Of a DNA stretch of 64,000 nt, positions 48,150 to 56,952 are shown piece by piece. The translations under genes and the position numbers were made by a program. How positions within the stretch are numbered: position 1 is the first letter of the stretch; every line of letters starts with the position of its first letter. Location of the stretch: positions 1,746 to 65,745 of the forward strand of contig JAPPGG010000023.1 in the NCBI GenBank assembly GCA_028875055.1. The letters are read 5' to 3'. The notes below the pieces were generated by a model. The model saw nothing but the letters and a program-made list of their open reading frames with translations. It had not been told where the DNA came from and searched no databases. The stretch comes from Chloroflexota bacterium (GTDB lineage: Bacteria; Chloroflexota; Dehalococcoidia; Lucifugimonadales; UBA3495).

Positions 48150-48202
48150 AACAGTACTTTCTCCGAAGACGTGACTTGGCGGCGCAAACTCCACAAACGG
48201 GT

Positions 48203-48733
48203 TTACCCCGGCAATTCATCCGTCGGTGGAAGTTCATCTACGGAAGCCTGCTCCTGGACAGGCGGCTGCATCAGTTGGCTGAGCCTGCGGCGTTGTTCGT
48301 TGCTGAGGCCTGCCGGAGGCAAAGGACGGGGAGGAGCGTTCCTGATGGTTTCCAGTTTGTCCAGCAGCATACTGGCAGTCCGAATGCAGTCTCCCACTCT
48401 GGTAGTCCCCAACTCGTGCTCGAAGAAATTGCTGTGCAACTCTTTCACCACTGTGTGAAAGACTGTCAACTCGGGGTCGTCCCATTCGTCCCGCAATTGG
48501 TCGAGAATCAGTTCAACCCGGCGATGGTTGTAGTGGTTCCAGCCCCGCAGTTCGGCATATGACTTGACGGCGTGGGATACGGCGCCGTAGGCCTTTTCCG
48601 AGGCCTGTACGGTGTCTCCCAGTTCCAGTTGTTGCTGGGCGTGCTTGAGCAGGCGCTGGCTGAGCCGGAAGTAGCGGTCCGACTTTTCGCGCCGCTGCTG
48701 TTCGGACTCGGGATTGTTTGGGGATGGGGTCAA
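48203..48733 (-). CDS. PaREP1-family (HEPN-like) protein, copy 2
   Basis: Same motifs and the same 531-nt length as copy 1; tandem period 584 bp. Confidence 0.8.
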   Translation of the reverse strand: MTPSPNNPESEQQRREKSDRYFRLSQRLLKHAQQQLELGDTVQASEKAYGAVSHAVKSYAELRGWNHYNHRRVELILDQLRDEWDDPELTVFHTVVKELHSNFFEHELGTTRVGDCIRTASMLLDKLETIRNAPPRPLPPAGLSNEQRRRLSQLMQPPVQEQASVDELPPTDELPG

Positions 48734-48955
48734 AACAGCCTTGTCTCCATGGAACTGACCTAATGATAGCAGACAGGCCAATATCTCGGCTCGCAAGGCA
48801 GCCTTCCGTTCACCCAGAGTCCCTTTTGCTATAATGCTTACCGCGACAACGCAATCTGACTGAATCTGGCGGGCGGGAGAATTCGGGCTTCGCCGGGGCG
48901 GCCGCAAGACGCGTCCTGGTCGCAGCCCATTGAACCTTGCTTCTACGAGGAGCCA

Positions 48956-49903
48956 ATGACGGAACAGGACTGGCCTATTCTGCGGGCCCAGCCCCGCACC
49001 TTTTTCAAGACGCCCCTGTGTACCAACCTGGATGAACTGGATGCGGACATTGCCTTCATTGGCATGCCCTTCGACCAGGGCACCCTGGGGAGGCCAGGCG
49101 CCCGCTACGGTCCCGATGCTGTCCGCGATGCGCCCCGGGCCTATTCCTATACCGACCCCTTCGGCCGCCAGCAGGAAGCCGAGGGTTTCTATAACATCGA
49201 GGCCGGTGACGAACTTCTGCGGGGCGTCACCATGGCCGACTGCGGGAACATCACCACCATCCCCTCCAACGTGCACCGCAACTTCGACAAGCTGACCGAG
49301 GCGGTGGAAAAGGTGGTGGCGCGAGGTTCCTTCCCGGTCGTGGTGGGCGGCGACCACGCCATTACCTATCCGGTAGTGAGGGGATTGAGCAGCTTCGAGC
49401 CGCTGAACATCGTCCACTTTGACGCTCACCTGGACTACAGCCACGACTACCAGGGCGAGCTTTACACCCACGGCAGCCCCATCCGCCGCTGCCGGGAGCT
49501 GGACTTCGTCGGCCACATAACCTCGGTGGGCATTCGCACTGCCCGTCGCCAGCCCTACGAGGACTCGCAGCGGGATGGCAGCCTCATCATTACCACCAGC
49601 CAGTTCCGCTCCCAGGGCCCTGCGGCCATCGCTGCCCAGATACCCCGGGGCGAGAACCTCTACATAACACTGGACATTGACGTGATGGACCCCAGCCAGG
49701 CGCCTGGTACCGGCACCCCTGAGATTGGAGGCCTGTTCTATCACGAGATGCGGGACTGCCTGGCCGCTTTGGTTTCCGGCCATAACCTGGTGGCCTTCGA
49801 CGTGGTGGAGGTGGCCCCGCCCTATGACTCGTCGGAGTTGACCAGCCAGTTGGGCGCTGCCCTGATTATTGATATACTGGCGGCAAGGTTTCCTTCCAGG
49901 TAA
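48956..49903 (+). CDS. Agmatinase/ureohydrolase (arginase family)
   Basis: GARYGP, GGDHAIT, HFDAHLD, LDIDVMDP..APGTGTPE.GG. Confidence 0.93.
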   Translation: MTEQDWPILRAQPRTFFKTPLCTNLDELDADIAFIGMPFDQGTLGRPGARYGPDAVRDAPRAYSYTDPFGRQQEAEGFYNIEAGDELLRGVTMADCGNITTIPSNVHRNFDKLTEAVEKVVARGSFPVVVGGDHAITYPVVRGLSSFEPLNIVHFDAHLDYSHDYQGELYTHGSPIRRCRELDFVGHITSVGIRTARRQPYEDSQRDGSLIITTSQFRSQGPAAIAAQIPRGENLYITLDIDVMDPSQAPGTGTPEIGGLFYHEMRDCLAALVSGHNLVAFDVVEVAPPYDSSELTSQLGAALIIDILAARFPSR

Positions 49904-49961
49904 GCGGCGCCCCGCCAGTGCCCGAAGCGTGTAACCCTGGTTGATTGAGGTCCGAATTCCC

Positions 49962-51131
49962 ATGACGGCTGAAAGCGAGGAACAGGTTGGCCTGGCCCTT
50001 TCCGGGGGCGGCTTCCGCGCCAGCCTCTTTCATCTGGGCGGCCTGTGGCGGCTGAATGAAATCGGCAGGCTGGCAGAGATTGACGCCATTTCCGGCGTGT
50101 CCGGCGGCGCACTGGTAGCCGGGGTCCTGGGTACCCGGTGGGACCGGCTGCGGTTCCGCAATTGCCGGGCCGACAACTTCGGGGAAGAAGTGATCGAACC
50201 CGTCTTCCAGCTCTGCGGTCGCAATATTGACGTATCCAGCGCCTTCGCGGGCCTGTTTGCGGGGCCCACCGCACTGGAAAAACGCTACGAAGACCTGCTG
50301 GTGGGCAAGCGAACCCTGCGCCAGCTGCCCAGCAGTCCCCGCTTTATTTTCAACGCCTGCCACCTGGAAACGGAAAGCAACTGGGCCTTTTCGCGAGAGG
50401 GCGTCGATACCGGAGAGTTTGGCAGGGTAGAGAAAACCGATATCCCTCTGGCCAAAGTCCTTGCCGCCTCTTCGGCCCTGCCGCCGGTATTGCCGCCGGT
50501 GCGCTTGCCATTGCGGGGAATCGGTGCGACTGCCGAAGCACAGCCCGGCAGCGAACCACAACCTGTTATTGGAACGGCCACGCTGGCGGATGCCGGTCTC
50601 TGCGATAGTCTGGGCCTCCATGCCATTCGCCACATGAAACGTCTGCTGGTGTCCGATGGCACCAAGTCCTTCCGAAGGTCGGACATCCCTCCCTGGGAAG
50701 TCTGGACCTCCCGCATCATTAACCCGATGCACACGGCCTTTGAACAGAACCGTCATCTCAGGATGGAACAGCTTTCCTCCGACATCGAACGGGGTGAGAG
50801 GTCGGGGGTTGTCTGGGCCCTAAGAGACGATCCCCGCGACAACCATGACCGGCTGTCCTTTCCCGTGAGACCGGGGTGGACTTCTTACATCCGGTCAATG
50901 AGGACTCGGATGGCCGCGTTTACTGACGAGGAAAAGATGCGCCTGGTCAACTGGGGCTATATCCAGTGCGACCTGGCCATCGGAGCCGGCTTTCCGGACT
51001 CCGTACCCTCCTCGACGGGGCTGCCCTTTCCGGACTATGGCTTTGACCGGGAACCGGAGAGGAAGCGAAAGTCGCGCCGGAGCAGGGACTACCGCAAACT
51101 CAAGGCCAGGGGGCGACGGGCGACGGGCTGA
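49962..51131 (+). CDS. Patatin-like phospholipase
   Basis: GLALSGGGFRA, GVSGG (catalytic Ser), ASSALPP, L.DAG (catalytic Asp). Confidence 0.85.
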   Translation: MTAESEEQVGLALSGGGFRASLFHLGGLWRLNEIGRLAEIDAISGVSGGALVAGVLGTRWDRLRFRNCRADNFGEEVIEPVFQLCGRNIDVSSAFAGLFAGPTALEKRYEDLLVGKRTLRQLPSSPRFIFNACHLETESNWAFSREGVDTGEFGRVEKTDIPLAKVLAASSALPPVLPPVRLPLRGIGATAEAQPGSEPQPVIGTATLADAGLCDSLGLHAIRHMKRLLVSDGTKSFRRSDIPPWEVWTSRIINPMHTAFEQNRHLRMEQLSSDIERGERSGVVWALRDDPRDNHDRLSFPVRPGWTSYIRSMRTRMAAFTDEEKMRLVNWGYIQCDLAIGAGFPDSVPSSTGLPFPDYGFDREPERKRKSRRSRDYRKLKARGRRATG

Positions 51132-51163
51132 CGCTCCGATAGCCGCCGGACCAATACACCACT

Positions 51164-51961
51164 ATGCCCTTCCTCACCGGTGAAGACAAAGCCTTTATTG
51201 GCGTAATCCACCTGCCGCCCCTGCCAGGCTCACCCCGGTGGGGCGGCGACCTGTCGGCCGTCCTGGATCAGGCGGAACGGGAAGCGGCCACGCTGGCCGA
51301 AGGCGGGGCAAACGCCATAATCGTTGAGAACTTTGGCGACGCTCCTTTCCGAATTGGGCGGGTGGAACCGGAAACGGTGGCCGCAATGACCCGCGCTGTG
51401 GACCTGGTGTGCCGCGCCGCTCCCCTGCCGGTGGGGGTGAACATGCTCCGCAGCGACGCCCCGTCTGCGCTGGCAGTGGCGGTGGCTGGCGGCGCCCAGT
51501 TCATCCGCGTCAACATCCACTATGGAACCATGGCCGCTGATGAGGGACTGGTTACAGGCGAGGCCTTTGAAACCCTGCGCCGCCGGCGGTTGATGGATGC
51601 GGAGCACATCGCCATCGTGGCCGACGTGATGGTGAAACACGCGGTACCCCTGGGCGACCTGGACCTGGGCCTCATTGCCCGGGAGACGGCCTACCGGGGC
51701 CTGGCCGATGCCTTGATCGTCACCGGGCCGGTCACGGGCCAGCCCGCCGTTGCCGACGACGTGGCCACGGTGCGCCGCGCCGTACCCGACCGTCCCCTGC
51801 TGGTGGGCAGCGGGGTGGACGCCGCCAACGCGGACCGGTTTCTCGCCCATGCCGACGGCGCCATAGTGGGCACCAGTCTGAAGCAGGACGGAATAATCAC
51901 CAACCCGATAGACCCGGAAAGAGTACGGGCCACCGCTGCAGCCTTTCGCGCCGCAGGTTGA
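51164..51961 (+). CDS. BtpA/SgcQ family TIM-barrel protein
   Basis: GVIHLPPLPGSP, IIVENFGDAPF, GVNMLR, DVMVKHA, LIVTG, GSGV, IVGTSLK. Confidence 0.93.
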   Translation: MPFLTGEDKAFIGVIHLPPLPGSPRWGGDLSAVLDQAEREAATLAEGGANAIIVENFGDAPFRIGRVEPETVAAMTRAVDLVCRAAPLPVGVNMLRSDAPSALAVAVAGGAQFIRVNIHYGTMAADEGLVTGEAFETLRRRRLMDAEHIAIVADVMVKHAVPLGDLDLGLIARETAYRGLADALIVTGPVTGQPAVADDVATVRRAVPDRPLLVGSGVDAANADRFLAHADGAIVGTSLKQDGIITNPIDPERVRATAAAFRAAG

Positions 51962-52100
51962 GTAATTCGGTAGAGGCACACCGGTGTTTGCCCGCTTCCC
52001 GGGCTCACCTTTCGAGATTCGCGATTTCACCACGAAACAACTCCAGACCGGCCCCACCTACATCGGACCGGTACAACCAACAGGTTAAAGGAGCCAACCA

Positions 52101-52682
52101 ATGCCGGAAACCAACGAGACCGTCGCCTTCACCAGCATGGCGGAGGGCACCCGCGAGGACTACGAACTGCTGGAACGCCTGGAGGAAGAGTTTGCCCGGG
52201 GTACGGCGGACCGGGTACTGGATATGCTGAATGGCTTGTCCGGGTCCCTGTCCGGCTACAGGATTGACCGGCTGGAGCACTCGCTGCAGTCCGCCACCCG
52301 CGCCCATCGGGACGGGGCCGACGAGGAAATGGTGGTGGCGGCCTTGCTGCACGACATCGGCGACCTCTTGTCGCCCTTCAATCACAGTGAACTGGCCGCC
52401 GCGGTTCTGCGTCCCTACGTTTCCGAGCGTACCTACTGGATCGTCCGGCACCACGGACTGTTCCAGAGTTACTATTACGCCCACCACTCGGGCGGCGACC
52501 GCAATGCCCGGGATGCTTACCGCGACCATCCCTGGTACCAGGACACCGTGGACTTCTGCCACAAGTGGGACCAGTCCTCCTTTGATCCTGCATACCAGTC
52601 TCTGCCGCTGGAATTCTTTGAGCCCATGGTGCGCCGCATTTTCGCCCGGGAACCCTTCAGCCAGGTGGAGGAAAGCCGGTAG
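52101..52682 (+). CDS. HD-domain metal-dependent enzyme (PhnZ/TmpB-like subfamily candidate)
   Basis: LEHSLQSAT, AALLHDIGD, NH, WIVRHH, WDQ. Confidence 0.85.
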   Translation: MPETNETVAFTSMAEGTREDYELLERLEEEFARGTADRVLDMLNGLSGSLSGYRIDRLEHSLQSATRAHRDGADEEMVVAALLHDIGDLLSPFNHSELAAAVLRPYVSERTYWIVRHHGLFQSYYYAHHSGGDRNARDAYRDHPWYQDTVDFCHKWDQSSFDPAYQSLPLEFFEPMVRRIFAREPFSQVEESR

Positions 52683-53168
52683 CAGGCCCTTCTAACGCTT
52701 CCCATCTCAAGGGTCCACCTGGATAGTTGCCGGACGGCCTGTCATTCTACGGGGGCGGGAAATCAGACCCCGCCCTTCCGCAGAGCCCAAATCTCCTCGG
52801 GCCCGGAATTTTCAGGAATTCCCCGTGCTATTCCTCAAGCATTACCGCCTTGACCCTTAGGGGCGCCGGCCTTTCAATTTAGGTGGCGCGGCGGCGAAAC
52901 AGGAACAGATGCCCGGGGTCGGGGTGGTTCGCGGACCGCCCTTGCGGTTTTGCAGCCATCTTGTAGAAACGAAGGCGAAACGGTTCCCCTTATTGGTACC
53001 TGCTTTCATTTGATATACAATCTGGGGTGGTTCGAGCTTTTGGCGGGCGGGTTACTGCAGAGGGCCTGGAGCTTTGCCTGAAATGAACCGCCAACCTTTG
53101 GGCATGTTCCTTCCCGATATGAGCTCACAATACCAGGAGAAGCATCAACGCCGCTTTGAGGGCCAGCA

Positions 53169-53945
53169 ATGAATAACGAGCCGGGAGTAACTGTTACCGA
53201 CCTCACCGTGGAAAGGGACGGTTTTCGCGCCCTGGTCAACGTCAATTTTCATATTGGTCCAGGCAACCTGGTTGGGGTACTGGGTCCCAACGGGGCCGGC
53301 AAGAGTACCCTTTTCGGAGCTATCGCCGGCGTATTGCCCATTGCCAGGGGAACGGTGGAACTGCACGGTACCAACGACCGGGCCGGCGCCCTGGCCTACG
53401 TTCCCCAGCGTGACAGCATCAACCTGCGGTTCCCCGCCACCGTTTACGACGTGGTGATGATGGGCCGGTACTGCCACCTGGGGCTGTTCCGTTTCGCGGG
53501 CCGCAAGGACCGGGAAATTGTAAGGACGTGCCTGGAACGGGTAGGTTTGTGGGAAAGGCGCGACGCCCTCATTGAAGAAAACTCCGGGGGACAGCGCCAA
53601 CGGGTATTTATCGCCCGCGCCCTGGCCCAGGACGCCAGGATAGTGCTGCTGGATGAAGCCTTCAGCGGGGTGGACGTGGGAGCCCAGGAGGGCATTATCG
53701 GGGTACTCCAGTCCCTGCGGGACGAGGGCAGGGTGGTTATGCTGGCTACCCACGATTTAACCAACCTGGCGCAACGCTTCGACCAGATCATCTGCATCAA
53801 TCGGCACATCTGCGCATACGGCCCGCCAGAGGAGGCCTTCAACCCCGAGGTGTTGGAGGAGTTATACGGCTCTCACGGCCTCGTTATGGCCCACAGCCAC
53901 ATGGGAGGCGAAACTCACATCGAGACCCACATGCACAATGATTGA
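53169..53945 (+). CDS. Metal (Zn/Mn) ABC transporter ATP-binding protein
   Basis: GPNGAGKST, SGGQRQR, LLDE, His-rich C-terminus. Confidence 0.92.
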   Translation: MNNEPGVTVTDLTVERDGFRALVNVNFHIGPGNLVGVLGPNGAGKSTLFGAIAGVLPIARGTVELHGTNDRAGALAYVPQRDSINLRFPATVYDVVMMGRYCHLGLFRFAGRKDREIVRTCLERVGLWERRDALIEENSGGQRQRVFIARALAQDARIVLLDEAFSGVDVGAQEGIIGVLQSLRDEGRVVMLATHDLTNLAQRFDQIICINRHICAYGPPEEAFNPEVLEELYGSHGLVMAHSHMGGETHIETHMHND

Positions 53946-54780
53946 TTTCATCATCGGGCCCTTCCAGTACTCTTTCATGCTTCGGGCGCTGATAGTCTCG
54001 GCGCTGGTAGGGTTGCTGCTTCCCATGGTTGGGGCCTACATCATCACCCGGGGCCGCGCCTTTATGAGCGATGCCCTGGCCCACTCCATAGTGGTCCCCG
54101 TTGCCGTAGCCTCGCTCCTGGGCTTCACCTCTTACGTCACCGCCGTTCCCGGGGGCATCGCCATCGCCCTGCTTATGGGGTACCTGAGCCGGCACACGGG
54201 CATCAGTGACGATACCTCCATCGGCGTAGTCTTTGCCGGAATGTTCGCCATCGGGCTGATTATTCTGTCCATCAGCGTGGATGTTAATCCCGAGCGCGCC
54301 ATCAACATCGAAGATCTGCTGCTGGGCCAGGTGCTGGGAGTGACGCGCACCGACGTCCTGGTGTCCCTGGTCCTGACCGTAGCCGTGGCCGCCGGAATTT
54401 TCCTGTTCCACCGGCACCTGGTCTTTACTACCTTCGATCCGCTGGGCGCCCGGGTTGTGGGAATCAAGACCACGGTGGTCGAATATGTTCTGCTGGCCCT
54501 GCTGGCCCTGGTCATTGTCATCGGCCTGTCTGCTGCCGGGATTGTCCTGGTAATGGCCATGCTGGTGATTCCCTCGGCTGCCGCCTACCTGCTGGCCCGG
54601 AGGTTTACCGGGGTAATTCTCATTGGAGCGGCCATCGGCGTGGTGTCGGCTGTCGCGGGACTATACCTGTCCTTTTACGCCAACTGGCCCTCGGGCCCGG
54701 CCATGGCCTGTGTGGCGGCGGCCATCTTCGGCGTCGCCACTCTCCACAAGCGGGCCTTCCCCGTCAAATCCGAAGAATAG
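53938..54780 (+). CDS. Metal (Zn/Mn) ABC transporter permease (ABC-3)
   Basis: FMSDALAHS, DTSIG, LLGQVL, TFDP, P..AAYL. Confidence 0.92.
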   Translation: MIDFIIGPFQYSFMLRALIVSALVGLLLPMVGAYIITRGRAFMSDALAHSIVVPVAVASLLGFTSYVTAVPGGIAIALLMGYLSRHTGISDDTSIGVVFAGMFAIGLIILSISVDVNPERAINIEDLLLGQVLGVTRTDVLVSLVLTVAVAAGIFLFHRHLVFTTFDPLGARVVGIKTTVVEYVLLALLALVIVIGLSAAGIVLVMAMLVIPSAAAYLLARRFTGVILIGAAIGVVSAVAGLYLSFYANWPSGPAMACVAAAIFGVATLHKRAFPVKSEE

Positions 54781-54878
54781 CCCGCTCCCTGCCGATTTCC
54801 GGCGCCTCTCAGGTGGTATTATGGGGTTCGCCGTTTCTGGACGCGTCCTGAACGGCCATCTCCTGACTTGAGGGTGCA

Positions 54879-55634
54879 ATGATGCGATTGGCCGGCAAAA
54901 CAGCCTTTATCAGTGGCGGGGCCCGGGGAATGGGAGCCGCGGAAGTAGGCCTCTTCATCGCCGAGGGCGCCAGCGTTGCCTTCGGGGACGTGCTTGAGGA
55001 GGATGGAAGGGCCCTGGAAGCCGACATTGCCCGGCAGGGCGGTCAGGCCATGTTCCTGCCCCTGGACGTTACCAGCGCGGCCCAGTGGCAGGCCGCCATT
55101 GACGCTACCGTGTCCAGGTTTGGCAGGCTGGATGTGCTGGTCAACAACGCCGGAGTGAGGGGCGACGGCCTGGTGGAGGATGTGTCCGGAGAGGAGTGGG
55201 ACCGGGTGATGGATATCAACGCCAAGGGGACTTTCCTGGGCACACGGGCCGCGTTGCCGGCAATGCGCCGGAATGGCGGAGGCTCCATCGTCAACATTTC
55301 ATCCCAGCTGGGCCTGGTGGGGGTGGACAACAGCAGTTCCCAGTACCAGGCTTCCAAGGGCGCGGTGCGCATTTTCACCAAGGCTACTGCCATTCAGTAC
55401 GCTGGGGACGGGATCCGGGCCAACTCAGTCCACCCGGGGCCCATTGCCACGCCCATGACCGAGGGCGGCCGGTCCGACCCGGATCGCTTCAACACCACTG
55501 TATCCCGCATACCTCTGGGCAGATACGGGCAACCCGAAGACGTGGCCTTCGGGGTCCTCTTCCTGGCCTCGGACGAGTCCTCCTTCATGACGGGCAGCGA
55601 GCTCGTTATTGACGGAGGCTGGACGGCGCAGTAG
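54879..55634 (+). CDS. Short-chain dehydrogenase/reductase
   Basis: SGGARGMG, NNAG, S...YQASKG, NSVHPG. Confidence 0.95.
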   Translation: MMRLAGKTAFISGGARGMGAAEVGLFIAEGASVAFGDVLEEDGRALEADIARQGGQAMFLPLDVTSAAQWQAAIDATVSRFGRLDVLVNNAGVRGDGLVEDVSGEEWDRVMDINAKGTFLGTRAALPAMRRNGGGSIVNISSQLGLVGVDNSSSQYQASKGAVRIFTKATAIQYAGDGIRANSVHPGPIATPMTEGGRSDPDRFNTTVSRIPLGRYGQPEDVAFGVLFLASDESSFMTGSELVIDGGWTAQ

Positions 55635-55947
55635 AAGCCTGGCGGCGCCGGCAGCCTCCCACCACTCGACAACCTTCGTCAACCTTGATTTGAACGGCGT
55701 AGCCGGTCTGCCCGCGGGCCAGCCGCTGGTGTGCCTCCGACTACCTGTCCGGGCTGCGTCGCAGACATAACCTGAAGGCAGGCGTAGCCCTAAGTTGCCC
55801 GCCCGAGGGCGTTCAATGCCCGGGCTGCTGACCGGAGGGGTAATGCCTGGCTTTTGGGAGGAAGGGAAAATGCAGGCCTGGTAACGGTCAGGTTCGAGCC
55901 TGGCAACAGTGTCGCGCGATACATGGCCGGAAGAGGAGACCTCGGGG

Positions 55948-56853
55948 CTACACCGCTGGCTGGCCAGAGGGTGCCGGCGACCCGTTGGCGGCATAGGGCA
56001 CTCCGGGCATTCTGAGGCCCAGGCCCATCCACCAGTGACGCCCCTTGCCTCGCCGCTGCCGGTGAAACCCCCGGGCAGTCAACTGCATGCCAAAACTGCG
56101 CTGGGCCAGGGGTTCCTCGCCGCGCTGGTAGCACCAGTCCGTATAGTCCAGGTAAAGACCCTTGGCAATTACCTTCTCGGCGTCGCCAACCTCGCAGCGC
56201 TCGGCGATGTAGATGACCACATCGTCGGTGGTGGAAATCTTGCCATTCCCCTTCATGGCCCGTTTGCCGGAGGGTTCCTCCACGACGATTCTTTCCTCTT
56301 TTGGCACGTCGGAGGTGTCCTCGGCAACCCGCAGGCAGCAGTACTCCAGCAAACCCAGGTATGTCTGCAGCCCGCCGAAGTGGTCCCAGAACACTTCCTT
56401 GCCATCCAGGGCGGAAGTATCCAGGGAAAAGGGGACGTCGCGGACCTCAAACCTGGAGCGGAATTCAGGAGGACAGACCCAGATGGGAGAGAGAAGGTTC
56501 TGGGCTACTGTCTTGTTGAGGACGAAGAAGCTGCAACGGGCGCCCCGCAGGTCGTTGTCCATCTCCTGCAGGGGAGAGCCGCGGTAGGTTGTTTCCAGGG
56601 AACGGTAGGTCTGGATGGCGGAAAAGGCGAAGGCGCTGCGAATCTGGTTGCTGACGCAGCGGACCAGTTCCCGGTTGTCAGCCAGTTCCAGGGGGGTATC
56701 TACCTCCAGGAACCCGTTGCCGATGGACTTGAATGCGGATTTGGCCGGTACGCTGCTGGCGGTGATTACACCCCTCTGGGCCGCGGCCCAAAAGGCAATT
56801 GCGAGCGCCAAATTCTCCCGCACCATTTGAATGTTAGTCGCTGCTGGCCCCAC
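55948..56853 (-). CDS. Hypothetical two-domain protein: degenerate HEPN-like N-domain + P4/D5 primase C-terminal wHTH-like domain
   Basis: C-terminal DDV..YIAERC...LY.DY..WC...GE.P.AQRSFG..L..RGF.R.R..GR.W.GLGL; strong GAGGAGGTGA RBS before GTG. Confidence 0.65.
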   Translation of the reverse strand: MGPAATNIQMVRENLALAIAFWAAAQRGVITASSVPAKSAFKSIGNGFLEVDTPLELADNRELVRCVSNQIRSAFAFSAIQTYRSLETTYRGSPLQEMDNDLRGARCSFFVLNKTVAQNLLSPIWVCPPEFRSRFEVRDVPFSLDTSALDGKEVFWDHFGGLQTYLGLLEYCCLRVAEDTSDVPKEERIVVEEPSGKRAMKGNGKISTTDDVVIYIAERCEVGDAEKVIAKGLYLDYTDWCYQRGEEPLAQRSFGMQLTARGFHRQRRGKGRHWWMGLGLRMPGVPYAANGSPAPSGQPAV

Positions 56854-56952
56854 TACTTCACCTCCTCAATCGTGGCAGGCCTCTAAAAATACTCTCTCCA
56901 AAAAGATTTCCCCGGTATTCCTCACCGGGGGAAATTCAAATGGGGTACGCTG

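Noticed and set aside
47619-48733. Diversity-generating retroelement (TR/VR pair) as the explanation for the PaREP1 duplicates
   Set aside because: No reverse transcriptase in the window, differences are not adenine-specific, and both copies are full ORFs.
48830-48955. Guanidine riboswitch upstream of the agmatinase-like gene
   Set aside because: Only a CAAGACG fragment resembles guanidine-III; the GGACGAGG element and pseudoknot, the ACGR twin hairpins and the ykkC-I core are all absent.
49962-51131. CBASS operon around the patatin
   Set aside because: No CD-NTase, Cap2/Cap3 or other CBASS genes are adjacent.
55635-55947. 6S or SRP RNA in the GC-rich gap after the SDR gene
   Set aside because: No SRP GGAA/AGCAG loop or convincing 6S long hairpin could be built by eye; an Rfam scan is needed.
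55948-56853. Prophage or satellite inferred from the primase C-terminal domain
   Set aside because: No integrase, primase/helicase core, terminase or structural genes nearby.
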